From NCBI GenBank assembly GCA_947258885.1, contig CAMYKD010000001.1:102-64101 (forward strand): DNA of 64,000 bases, in the 5' to 3' direction. Below, piece by piece: positions 1 through 9,023 of the stretch. The stretch's first letter is position 1, and each line of letters starts with the position of its first letter. The notes under the pieces are model-generated. The model saw only the letters and a list, made by a program, of their open reading frames with translations. It was not told the origin of the DNA and searched no databases. Source of the DNA: an uncultured Kiloniellales bacterium (GTDB lineage Bacteria; Pseudomonadota; Alphaproteobacteria; Kiloniellales; JAKSDN01). Made by a program: the position numbers and the translations under genes.

Positions 1-135
1 GGCAGGCGCGTGAAATGCGAGGAGATCGAATTCTTGAAAAACAGTTTCTATGGATTTGTTTGAGGCCCTGGACGTCACAGCACTACAGTTAGTATCTTGG
101 TAAGACATCGGCGAAGAAACGATAACTGGCAAACC

Positions 136-786
136 TTATAAAATCGGCGTAATTCGTACCATGTCACAACTTACCTCACAGCAGTAGTGACTGTGCTGGT
201 TTAGTTGTTTTATCAACTGATCTAGTCTTGGATAGTCACCCATGCCGTTAAAACACCGCGCATCATCGATCAAAATCACGTGGCCTTTCACGTGATGTCC
301 GAGTATGGCGCTGAGTTCTTCGGATATGGGGGTGTCTTTATGACCCTGCGCCGTAATACCGCCAGAATAATGACCATCAAGCCAAAAAAGCGTCGGTTCA
401 TTTAGAGACCGCACCACTTCGTGCATCAAGTCGCCGCTATTACCTTGCATCAGTTCGACGTTTTTCCATCCACTGAAACGCTTGTGAGCGAACCGATACA
501 ATTTCGTGTCAAGTTCTATGCTAAGACATTTGGCTCCCGTCTTTGCGATGGACTCTAGTGTGTCTCCCAAATAGGTGCCTGTTTCAACAAAATTGGCTAT
601 GCCGAATTTCTTCAAATGTGCTTTTACGATCTTCATTTTGACTCCGTGCGGTGGAGGCGAATGGCATCCACCATTAATCCACTGCCTCTCGTCGCCGCGG
701 ATTTTTGCTGTCAGCGCCCTTGCGTAACCCCATAATCCTGCGTTACGCAACATATTGCTAATGCGTCTTTTCGTACGTGTTTTCAT
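136..786 (-). CDS. class I SAM-dependent methyltransferase (polysaccharide-locus type); start uncertain (ATG 786 or ATG 636)
   Basis: ORF 136..882. Motifs FVETGTYLGDT, LFWLDGHYSGG and ILIDDARCF are typical of small Rossmann methyltransferases in glycan loci. Local GC is ~43% versus ~65% elsewhere. Confidence 0.7.
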   Translation of the reverse strand: MKTRTKRRISNMLRNAGLWGYARALTAKIRGDERQWINGGCHSPPPHGVKMKIVKAHLKKFGIANFVETGTYLGDTLESIAKTGAKCLSIELDTKLYRFAHKRFSGWKNVELMQGNSGDLMHEVVRSLNEPTLFWLDGHYSGGITAQGHKDTPISEELSAILGHHVKGHVILIDDARCFNGMGDYPRLDQLIKQLNQHSHYCCEVSCDMVRITPIL

Positions 787-942
787 TGGCAAACCGTAAC
801 AAAAGTGGCCTGAAACTGCCTGGGAAGTGTCAGCTTCACCACGGACCGCAGATCGCAGCAAGCCATTGCCGAGCGCGTCCAACGGTCGAATTCCTGCTTG
901 CGCCCTAGAAAGACATGCCCCCCCATCGTTCTCATTCCAATT

Positions 943-1881
943 CTAAGCCAGAGTGAACCAACCGTCGGGATACAGATCCATCGTGTTTCTCCGTTGCAGT
1001 TTGGCGGCGGAAAACCACTGTCGCGGCGCAATGACGACCTTGTCGGGCCGCTCGTTGAGCCACGCGCCCCACCAGCTGAACGAGCTGTTGGCAATGATCT
1101 GGTGATCGCACTGCGACATGAGAAACATATCCTCTTCCGGGCGGTCCGCGTTGCCGTCGACCAAGCGATGGTCGGGGCAGAAATCGAAAGTCCGGCGCAC
1201 GTAGTCCGGCTCGTCGGAAAAGACGAAGAACCGCGGGTCCGGCTGACAGGCCCGAATCAAGTCGATGGCACGCCGGTAGTAGTCAAGGGAGCAAACGCCG
1301 AAGTTTGCATGAATGGCTGGGTTGTTGGCCATATCGCCCCTGCGGACATGGACGGAAACGGAAACCGATGCTTCGGCGATTTCCTCGGCCATCCGAAGGC
1401 TGTCCTCGGACAATGGTTCACGAAGACGGAAATCTCGACGGATTATGTCGCCGATGCCGGCAAAGTAGCGCTCGCTTTGCCAGTATCCATCGATCAAGAC
1501 AGGTGCCCTGCATTCGAACAGGCCGGGGTCGAAATGATAATGGGGTTCTTCGTAAACGTTGCCCGTTATCCACCTTCCTAGAGGCCGTAGAAGCGTTCTT
1601 GCCTTCTTTCTTCTCTTACGACTGCGAAGGAACATCTTCGACAGACTGCCCTTTACCGCCGCGAGCTCCGAGGCGCCGGCTATGGTGGGATCCAGCCTGA
1701 AGACATTCAGCCGATAGTCCCGCGGCGTGGCTCTGCCCGGTTTATCGTAGAACGACAGGTCCAGCTTGAGTCCGCAGCCGGCTACGGAGGCAAGGCTCTT
1801 TCCCGCGGCATATTGGAACATCTGGTTCCCGAGCCCACCCTTAATCGCGGTATAGACGGTTTTTTGCACTGTGAGTTTCAA
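943..1881 (-). CDS. glycosyltransferase family 11 (alpha-1,2-fucosyltransferase-like); start TTG 1881 or GTG 1869 inferred
   Basis: ORF 943..2151. The GT11 N-terminal signature IKGGLGNQMFQYAAG lies right after the proposed start. The upstream part of the long ORF overlaps the GT2 gene and looks non-coding. Confidence 0.8.
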   Translation of the reverse strand: MKLTVQKTVYTAIKGGLGNQMFQYAAGKSLASVAGCGLKLDLSFYDKPGRATPRDYRLNVFRLDPTIAGASELAAVKGSLSKMFLRSRKRRKKARTLLRPLGRWITGNVYEEPHYHFDPGLFECRAPVLIDGYWQSERYFAGIGDIIRRDFRLREPLSEDSLRMAEEIAEASVSVSVHVRRGDMANNPAIHANFGVCSLDYYRRAIDLIRACQPDPRFFVFSDEPDYVRRTFDFCPDHRLVDGNADRPEEDMFLMSQCDHQIIANSSFSWWGAWLNERPDKVVIAPRQWFSAAKLQRRNTMDLYPDGWFTLA

Positions 1882-2020
1882 AAGGCGCGCAGGACTTGGT
1901 CTGTCAACCCGGGATTCTTCCCGGACCACGCTGCCATGTTCCACAGCCTGTCGTTCGCTACACCCCGGACCGTCATTCCGGCTTCGAGTGAGCTGCCGCG
2001 GCGAACCACATGGCAACCGG

Positions 2021-2935
2021 TCATTGGCTGCCGGCGTCCGCGCGCCGCGTTTGTCTTGTGGACGCGAATGTGTACAGCAGGCCGGCCCCGCGCACGATGG
2101 AGTACACGTTGCGCATGAACTTGTCGCGGTGAAGCAGATAGAGGGGCGCAAGCAGTAGTCTGGACGCGAACTTAATGGCGGCGTTCCAGCGCTTCCGGCG
2201 GACCTCGGCGGGCGGGCTGTGCTTGAGGATCATGGCGGCACGTCCGCAGCCGTTGTCGAACCCACGACGCCACGCCTCTCGGCTGCTGAGGCGGTCGCCG
2301 TGCCCGCGGTTGATCATCGAGTCCTCGCTCAAGGCCATCGTCGCGCCGGCCAGCGAGGCGCGGATGAAGAAGTCCTTGTCCTCGCCGGTCAAGAAGGCCG
2401 GATCGAAGTACGGCTTCGCGAACGTGGTCAAGAACCGCCGGCCGATGAGCACGTTGCACGTGCCGGCGTGACGCGGAATGCCGTATTTCCCCAGTGCGCC
2501 GAACTCGGGGTTCTCGAACGCGCCGGTCTTTCTGAGCCACGAAGGCGCATTATCCGTGCGACCCTGTCGCCATGCGCCGAAAACGAAATCGGCGTCCGAG
2601 CTTTGCTGTTTATCGACGAGGCGCCGAAGCCAGTCGGGCTCGGGCGTGTCGTCATCGTCCAGAAACGCCACGTAGTCGGCACCCCGGTTCAGGGCCTCGG
2701 CGATCGCGGTGTTCCTTGCGAAGGCTCGGCCTCGCCGCGGCTCGGGGACGTAGTGGAGGTCGATAGGCAAGTCCTGCGCTTCGCGGCAGACCTTCTCGGC
2801 GCTGTCGGGGGCGTTGTCGACGACGATGATTTCGACGCACTCCAGGGAACCCAGGTCGATGTTCCTTACGGCGGCGAGCAGGCCCGCAAGCGACTCGGGC
2901 CTGTTACAGGTACAGACGCAGATGTCGACCTTCAT
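2021..2935 (-). CDS. glycosyltransferase family 2
   Basis: N-terminus VDICVCTCNRP...IIVVDNAP...AFLDDDD is the GT-A fold DXD pattern. Same strand as GT11 and the methyltransferase. Confidence 0.85.
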   Translation of the reverse strand: MKVDICVCTCNRPESLAGLLAAVRNIDLGSLECVEIIVVDNAPDSAEKVCREAQDLPIDLHYVPEPRRGRAFARNTAIAEALNRGADYVAFLDDDDTPEPDWLRRLVDKQQSSDADFVFGAWRQGRTDNAPSWLRKTGAFENPEFGALGKYGIPRHAGTCNVLIGRRFLTTFAKPYFDPAFLTGEDKDFFIRASLAGATMALSEDSMINRGHGDRLSSREAWRRGFDNGCGRAAMILKHSPPAEVRRKRWNAAIKFASRLLLAPLYLLHRDKFMRNVYSIVRGAGLLYTFASTRQTRRADAGSQ

Positions 2936-3483
2936 ACGCTCTCTCGGGTTGGATTCTCGCAGCCAGATGGCAAAAGTCGGAACCAGGACAATCAGGATAA
3001 CGGGGCAAGAACGCTAGCCTATCATTCGGCGCAACGGGAACTTCCCGCATCCAACAAGTCTTCGCACTCAGAGCCCGCGAGCGAATTCCTGTTTGTGCAT
3101 TCGCGTCGTCATGAAGCTCTCGCCACAGCCATTGCCGACATCCCAACGGGATTTCGCCTACACGCGACCGGGCGCGGCAGGACCCTCGCCCCAGCCCGAT
3201 AAGGGATACATCAGCCGGCCTGGTGAATTCAACGAATTAAACGCCTCTAGGAAGATCCTGCCGCCGGCGTCAAGAGGCTGTGCAATAAACCTTGAAAGCG
3301 CCTGACTTCTGGGCTAGGTGAGGCGGCCTTGGCACGCGGGAACCGAGCGAGCCTGTGCCGTCTAAAGCTTGGGGCCTCTTGCGAGGCGCGCCGAGGCTGT
3401 TTGGCGACACCCACTCGACACGATGACCACGCGTCCCAACATTCTAGCCTTGACGCTGCCCTCGATGCCCGACGCGGCCCTGG

Positions 3484-4533
3484 ATGACTGAAACCTGGCT
3501 ACAGACCTGCGATCCTGCCGCGCCCTGCACCGTGATCGGGGAGGTGGCCCAAGCCCACGACGGCAGTCTGGGCATGGCGCACGCCTTCATCGACGCGATC
3601 GCCGCCGCCGGGGCGGACGCGGTCAAGTTCCAGACCCATATCGCCGCGGCGGAAAGCTCGCTCCACGAGCCCTGGCGCAAGCGCTTCAGCCCGCAGGACG
3701 AGAGCCGCTTCGACTACTGGAAGCGCATGGAGTTCTCGGAGGACCAGTGGGCCGGCCTGCGCCGGCACGCGGAGGAAAAGGGCCTGCTGTTCCTGTCCTC
3801 GCCGTTCTCCCTGGAGGCTGTCGAGCTCTTGAAGCGGATCGGCGTTGCGGCCTGGAAGATCGCCTCGGGCGAGATCACCAACACGCCGCTGCTGGCGGCT
3901 GCTTGCGAGACCGGCCAGCCGGTCGTGCTCTCCAGCGGCATGTCGCCCCTCGACGAGATCGACGGCGCGGTCGCGCAGGTCAAGGCGGCGAACGTACCGC
4001 TCGCGCTGTTGCAGTGCGCCTCGATCTATCCCACGCCGCCGGAGGCCGTGGGGCTCAACCTGCTCGAAGTCTTCAAGAAGCGCTACGGGTGCGCGGTGGG
4101 GCTTTCGGACCATTCGGCGACGATCTTTCCAGGCCTGGGCGCGGCGCTCATGGGCGCGCAGGTGCTCGAGGTCCATGCGACCTTGAGCCGCGAGGCCTTC
4201 GGCCCGGACGTCGCGGCCTCCCTGACCACGGCGGAGCTGGCCCAGCTCGTCCAAGGCGTGCGCTGCATGGAGGCGCTGCGCGACAACCCCGTGGACAAGA
4301 GCCTGGCCGATGCCGCCGCCGCACCCCTGCGAGAGATCTTCATGAAAAGCCTCACCCCGTGTCGCGATCTGCCCTCGGGCCATCTGCTCGAGCCCGATGA
4401 CCTGACAGCCAAGAAGCCGGGCACGGGCATCCCGGTGCAGCGGCTCGACCTCGTGGTCGGCCGCACGCTTGCCAGGAGCGTGGCGCGGGATCAGCCCCTC
4501 ACCGAGGACGATTTGCTGCCGGAGACCTCATGA
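3484..4533 (+). CDS. neuB: N-acylneuraminate/nonulosonic acid synthase (NeuB/LegI/PseI family)
   Basis: IGEVAQAHDGSLGMAHAFIDAIAAAGADAVKFQTH motif plus a C-terminal SAF-like domain. The stop overlaps the neuC start (ATGA). Confidence 0.9.
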   Translation: MTETWLQTCDPAAPCTVIGEVAQAHDGSLGMAHAFIDAIAAAGADAVKFQTHIAAAESSLHEPWRKRFSPQDESRFDYWKRMEFSEDQWAGLRRHAEEKGLLFLSSPFSLEAVELLKRIGVAAWKIASGEITNTPLLAAACETGQPVVLSSGMSPLDEIDGAVAQVKAANVPLALLQCASIYPTPPEAVGLNLLEVFKKRYGCAVGLSDHSATIFPGLGAALMGAQVLEVHATLSREAFGPDVAASLTTAELAQLVQGVRCMEALRDNPVDKSLADAAAAPLREIFMKSLTPCRDLPSGHLLEPDDLTAKKPGTGIPVQRLDLVVGRTLARSVARDQPLTEDDLLPETS

Positions 4534-5681
4534 AACGTAAAGTCTGTGTGGTGATCACCGCGCGCCCCAGCTACGCGCGCATCAAGACCGCCCTGGCGGC
4601 GATCCGGGAGCACCCGGAGCTCGAGCTCCAGCTCGTCCTGGCCGCCTCGGCCCTGCTCGAGCGCTACGGCAGCGTGGTCGACGTCATCGAGAAGGACGGC
4701 TTCAGGGTGGACCGGCGGGTGCACATGATCCTGGAGGGCGAGAACCTGGTGACCTCGGCCAAGTCCACCGGCCTGGGCCTGGTCGAGCTGGCCACCGTCT
4801 TCGACGATCTCAAGCCCGACATGGTGGTGACCATCGCCGACCGTTTCGAGACCCTGGCGACGGCTGTCTGCGCGTCCTACATGAACATCCCGCTGGTCCA
4901 TATCCAGGGCGGTGAGGTCACCGGCTCGATCGACGACAAGGTGCGCCACGCCATCACCAAGCTGTCGGATTTGCATCTCGTGGCGAGCCCGAGCGCGGCC
5001 GAGCGCCTGGCCCGCATGGGCGAGGAGCCGGAACGGACCATCGTGACCGGCTGTCCCTCCGTCGACATCGCGCGCGCCTGCGTCGAGGACGGCCATGAGG
5101 CGCCCGATGCGTTCGCATTCGGCGGCGTCGGCGCGCAGTTCGACCTATCCAATGGCTTTCTCGTGGTCATGCAGCACCCGGTAACGACCGAATACCAGGC
5201 CGCCTACCGGCAAGTCAGGCAGACGCTCGAGGCGATCGACCGGCTCGACCGGCCGACCCTCTGGTTCTGGCCCAACGTGGACGCCGGATCCGACGGAACC
5301 TCAAAGTGCATCCGTGCCTACCGCGAGCTGCACGCGCTCGAGCATGTCCACTTCTTCAAGAACCTGCCTCCGGAGGCTTTTCTGAGGCTGCTCAAGAAGT
5401 CGCTGTGCATCGTCGGCAATTCCAGCGTCGCGATCCGCGAGTGCGCCTACCTGGGCGTCCCGGCGGTGAACATCGGAACACGCCAGAACGGGCGCGACAG
5501 GGGACCCAATGTGATCGATGTAGAGCACGAGACCAAAGCCATCGAGAGCGCGATCACAACGCAGTGCGAGCACGGCCCCTATACCTCGAGCGAGATCTAT
5601 GGCGACGGCCGGGCGGGCCGGCGGATCGCGGATGCACTGTCCGCCGCGTCCCTCTCGATCGACAAGCGCCTGACGATCTAG
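4530..5681 (+). CDS. neuC: UDP-N-acetylglucosamine 2-epimerase (hydrolysing), NeuC/LegG family
   Basis: KVCVVITARPSYARI...VHIQGGEVTGSIDDKVRHAITKLSDLHLV...VGNSSVAIRECAYLGVPAVNIGTRQNGR. Translationally coupled to neuB. Confidence 0.9.
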   Translation: MKRKVCVVITARPSYARIKTALAAIREHPELELQLVLAASALLERYGSVVDVIEKDGFRVDRRVHMILEGENLVTSAKSTGLGLVELATVFDDLKPDMVVTIADRFETLATAVCASYMNIPLVHIQGGEVTGSIDDKVRHAITKLSDLHLVASPSAAERLARMGEEPERTIVTGCPSVDIARACVEDGHEAPDAFAFGGVGAQFDLSNGFLVVMQHPVTTEYQAAYRQVRQTLEAIDRLDRPTLWFWPNVDAGSDGTSKCIRAYRELHALEHVHFFKNLPPEAFLRLLKKSLCIVGNSSVAIRECAYLGVPAVNIGTRQNGRDRGPNVIDVEHETKAIESAITTQCEHGPYTSSEIYGDGRAGRRIADALSAASLSIDKRLTI

Positions 5682-5736
5682 CTGGGTGCGGGCGGCTCGG
5701 GCGGGGAATCGATCGGCGGGCGAGAAAGGCAGAATC

Positions 5737-7092
5737 GTGAAGCACGGAAAACCAGACGCTCAGGCCGCCGCGGCGAACCTCAAGGCCCGGATGCTGGAGC
5801 GTAGAGCCAAGGTCGGCGTTATCGGACTGGGCTACGTCGGGCTGCCCTTGGCGCGCAGCATCTGCCACGCCGGGTTCACCACCCTTGGGCTGGACATCGA
5901 CGCCGACAAGGTGGTGCAGCTGAACGAGGGCCGGTCCTACATCCGCCACATCCCCGCCGAGGACATCGGCGCGCTGGTCGCCTCGGGCCGGTTCCGCGCG
6001 ACCTCCGACTTCGCCGAGGTTTCCGAACTCGACGCGATCCTCATCTGCGTCCCGACGCCCTTGACCCGGCACCGCGAGCCGGACCTGTCCTTCGTCCTCG
6101 GCATCGGCCGATCGATCGCCCCGCACCTCAAGGCCGGCCAGCTCGTCGTCCTCGAATCGACCACCTATCCGGGCACCACGATACAGGAGCTCAGGCCCGA
6201 GCTCGAGGCCGGCGGGCTCAAGTCCGGTATCGATTTCTTCCTGGCCTATTCGCCCGAGCGCGAGGACCCGGGCAATCCGGTTCACAGCGGGACCACCGTC
6301 CCCAAAGTCGTCGGCGGCGACGGTGTCGAGGCGACCGCGCTGGCCTGCGCGCTCTACGACCGGGTCGCGGTACGGACCGTGCCGGTCTCCTCGGTCGACA
6401 CGGCCGAAGCGGTCAAGCTGACCGAGAACGTCTTCCGCGCGGTCAATATCGCGCTGGTCAACGAGCTCAAGGTGATCTACTCGCGCATGGGCATCGATAT
6501 CTGGGAGGTGATCGAGGCGGCCAGCACCAAGCCGTTCGGCTACATGCCGTTCTACCCGGGCCCGGGGTTGGGCGGTCACTGCATCCCGATCGACCCCTTC
6601 TACCTGACCTGGAAGGCGCGCGAGTTCGAAGTGCCGACCCGCTTCATCGAGCTGGCCGGCGAGATCAACGCCGCCATGCCGAGCTACGTCGTGGAGCGCT
6701 TGGCTTTGGCCCTGAACGACCGCTTCGCCAAAAGCCTCAAGGGCTCGCGCATTCTCCTGTTGGGCTTTGCCTACAAGAAGAACGTCGGCGACGAACGGGA
6801 AAGCCCGGCCTTCAAGCTGGTCGAGCTCCTCGAAGCGCGCGGCGCGCAAGTCGACTACCACGATCCCCACGTACCTTGCGTTCCGGTGACCCGTGAGCAC
6901 GCCCATCTGGCCGGCCGGACCAGCGTCGCCTGGGACGAGATCTTCGCCGGCGGCTACGATGCGGCGCTGATCTGCACCGATCACGACGAGGTCGACTATG
7001 CCGCGTTGGTCGAGGCCCTGCCGCTCGTCGTGGATACCCGAAACGCCACCCGCGACCTAAATGGCGGCCGCGACAACATCGTCATGGCCTGA
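5737..7092 (+). CDS. nucleotide-sugar dehydrogenase (UDP-N-acetyl-hexosamine 6-dehydrogenase family); start GTG 5737 (GAAAGG upstream) or ATG 5791
   Basis: KVGVIGLGYVGLPLA Rossmann motif and catalytic GGHCIPIDPFYL motif. Confidence 0.85.
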   Translation: MKHGKPDAQAAAANLKARMLERRAKVGVIGLGYVGLPLARSICHAGFTTLGLDIDADKVVQLNEGRSYIRHIPAEDIGALVASGRFRATSDFAEVSELDAILICVPTPLTRHREPDLSFVLGIGRSIAPHLKAGQLVVLESTTYPGTTIQELRPELEAGGLKSGIDFFLAYSPEREDPGNPVHSGTTVPKVVGGDGVEATALACALYDRVAVRTVPVSSVDTAEAVKLTENVFRAVNIALVNELKVIYSRMGIDIWEVIEAASTKPFGYMPFYPGPGLGGHCIPIDPFYLTWKAREFEVPTRFIELAGEINAAMPSYVVERLALALNDRFAKSLKGSRILLLGFAYKKNVGDERESPAFKLVELLEARGAQVDYHDPHVPCVPVTREHAHLAGRTSVAWDEIFAGGYDAALICTDHDEVDYAALVEALPLVVDTRNATRDLNGGRDNIVMA

Positions 7093-7131
7093 GCAGAATT
7101 GCCCGGCTGGCGGGCCTCCGGCCGGCGGGCC

Positions 7132-8289
7132 TCACGAAAATAGCGCGCGTACGCGCGCGGCCGCCCGCTCCAAATCGTCGGCCGGTCTGTCGGCCTGGGC
7201 GGCGAAAGTCTCGCCCAGCCGGACGGCAAGGCCGCGATCGATCAGGCTTCTGTGGAACTGCGACATGTCCCGGGTCGATTTGATCAACCCCAGGTCTACC
7301 AGAGAATCATAGGCTCGGGCCAGCCAGCCCTCCCGTTCACGGCCCGCGTCCGGCCGTTTGCGGTGCCGCGCGGCGAGCGCCCGCAGGCGCCGGGCATTGC
7401 GCATCTTCCGATCCGGCCGCTCCGGCAGCGGGAAGACGAAGACCGGCTTGCCGGTGGCGCAGGCCTCGGACAGCATCGAGGCGCTGTCGCCGGTCACCAC
7501 GAAGCTGTCGGCCAGGGACAGGAAAGCGAGGTAGGGATTCTCCGCGCCTTCCGTCCAGCGATGCCGATAGGCCGGGCAGGAGATCGCTTCGAAGAGCGCG
7601 TCGACGACCCCGGCCTCGGTGCGTCTGCTGGTGGTGACGAGCAGGGCCCCCCCCGCCGCCGCGGCCAGGGCGTTGGCCTGGCGACCCAATTTCCGCGCTG
7701 TCGCTGCATCCAGATGATAGGGCCGGGCGCTGCCGCCGATGACCAGCGCCACGTGAGGTTTGGGCAGCCGCTCCAGTTGGGATTTCCACGCATCCGCCGC
7801 CTCGGCCAGACGCGCCGGATCGACCCGGTTCAGCGTCAGCGTGTTGTGCAGTACGTTCGATCGGCGGGGCAGGCAGTACTGCGGCGTCGTGACGATCAGG
7901 TCGAAGTGCCGGAGCGGGGCCCAGGGCCGGCCGATGTGCACCAGACGTGTCCGGCCGCCCGATCGCTTGCGGATCCAGCGCGCGACCGGCGTGCAGCGTC
8001 GACCGCTCGCGATCACGAGATCCGGCCAGGGCGGCGCAGGCCGGCACGACGCCTCTCTGTCCAAGCTTCGGGTCGACGCGCCCAGCACGACGTTGGGGAG
8101 CTTGTAGCGCTTGTTGAAGACCAACCGCTTTTCTTCGAAAGGCCAGCCGAGAGCCTGTGCAAGGGCGAGGATTTGGGCCCGGTCACCGGCACGCTCTGTC
8201 GTCAGGAGCCAAACCCGTCGGAGCGCCGCGCTCGCACAAGGGACGGCGTCCTCCGTTTCGTCGATGCCGGTGGCGGCGGGCAAGGTCAC
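7132..8289 (-). CDS. ELM1/DUF1022-family protein (putative glycosyltransferase-like); start uncertain (GTG 8289 or TTG 8340)
   Basis: VWLLTTERAGDRAQILALAQALGWPFE...HVALVIGGSARPY...VTGDSASMLSEACATGKPVFVF matches my memory of the bacterial ELM1 family. Confidence 0.65.
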   Translation of the reverse strand: MTLPAATGIDETEDAVPCASAALRRVWLLTTERAGDRAQILALAQALGWPFEEKRLVFNKRYKLPNVVLGASTRSLDREASCRPAPPWPDLVIASGRRCTPVARWIRKRSGGRTRLVHIGRPWAPLRHFDLIVTTPQYCLPRRSNVLHNTLTLNRVDPARLAEAADAWKSQLERLPKPHVALVIGGSARPYHLDAATARKLGRQANALAAAAGGALLVTTSRRTEAGVVDALFEAISCPAYRHRWTEGAENPYLAFLSLADSFVVTGDSASMLSEACATGKPVFVFPLPERPDRKMRNARRLRALAARHRKRPDAGREREGWLARAYDSLVDLGLIKSTRDMSQFHRSLIDRGLAVRLGETFAAQADRPADDLERAAARVRALFS

Positions 8290-8471
8290 AAAGCCAATTC
8301 CTTTTCGACTTTCGGGAATTTGTTGCCTTTTGCCGGCCAAGGCAAGGCCCCTTCCGGGGGCATCGGAGGCAGGCGCTTAACATTTCGCCTTCCTGCCCAT
8401 ATTTCTCTATCATGGCGTCGGGTTGCCGCGACGCGCGGTCGTCCCTCGGCGGCTGGCTAGAGGGAGGTGGA

Positions 8472-9023
8472 GTGGTACAAAAACAGGAGACCCTGCCGCT
8501 CGGCGTGGTGCTCGAGCGGCGTAGGATGGACAACCCGTGGCAGGACTACGCCTGGAAACCTGTGGCGGTGATCCCGGGCGCGGGGGCCTGCGATCCGCGC
8601 GGCGAATGGCCCGTCCTGAAAGCCGGCGAGGACTGGGCCCAATTCCACGCCGGGACCCTGCCGCTCGAGCTGTTCCGCAAGGAGACCGAAGGTTACAAGT
8701 TGAACCTCTCTCAGCAGCCGCCGCGCCTCTTCGTCGTCCTGCGCAGCGGAGACGACATGGCCTGCGATCACGATGTGGCACCCTTCCTGGTCACGGCCTG
8801 CCCCTACGAGGCGCAGGACTATATGGACAGCGGCGAGGAGACCGTCGAGGTGGTCGCCATGCCCGACGGCGTGATCGCCTTCGTCCAGGCTTATATCGAC
8901 GCCCATCACGTCGACGAGCCCTTCCACAAGCGCAAGCGCAAACGCCACGCGGGCGGCGACGACAGCTTTGGCCGGCGTTCGGCGCTCGCCCCCGGACGGC
9001 GGGGCAACGGCCGCCATGGCTGA
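8472..9023 (+). CDS. DUF3305-like protein (FDH-associated, function unknown); GTG start after AGGGAGG
   Basis: In-frame part of ORF 8157..9023. The position upstream of DUF3306, TorD and FDH matches the conserved alphaproteobacterial synteny as I remember it. The family call needs an HMM check. Confidence 0.6.
   Translation: MVQKQETLPLGVVLERRRMDNPWQDYAWKPVAVIPGAGACDPRGEWPVLKAGEDWAQFHAGTLPLELFRKETEGYKLNLSQQPPRLFVVLRSGDDMACDHDVAPFLVTACPYEAQDYMDSGEETVEVVAMPDGVIAFVQAYIDAHHVDEPFHKRKRKRHAGGDDSFGRRSALAPGRRGNGRHG

Noticed and set aside
3093-3305. 70-aa ORF in the GT2/neuB intergenic gap
   Set aside because: No RBS, no recognisable domain and atypical composition. I treated it as non-coding.
3330-3344. 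TGGCACG (perfect -24 element) upstream of neuB
   Set aside because: The -12 position reads AACC instead of TTGC, so it is not a sigma-54 promoter.
7093-7131. GGCGGGCC direct repeat (GGCGGGCCTCCGGCCGGCGGGCC) between the convergent dehydrogenase and ELM1 genes, considered as a REP-like mobile repeat
   Set aside because: I found only one occurrence in the window. It is most simply a short GC-rich bidirectional terminator-like stem (GGCC-TCC-GGCC) and is too weak to call.
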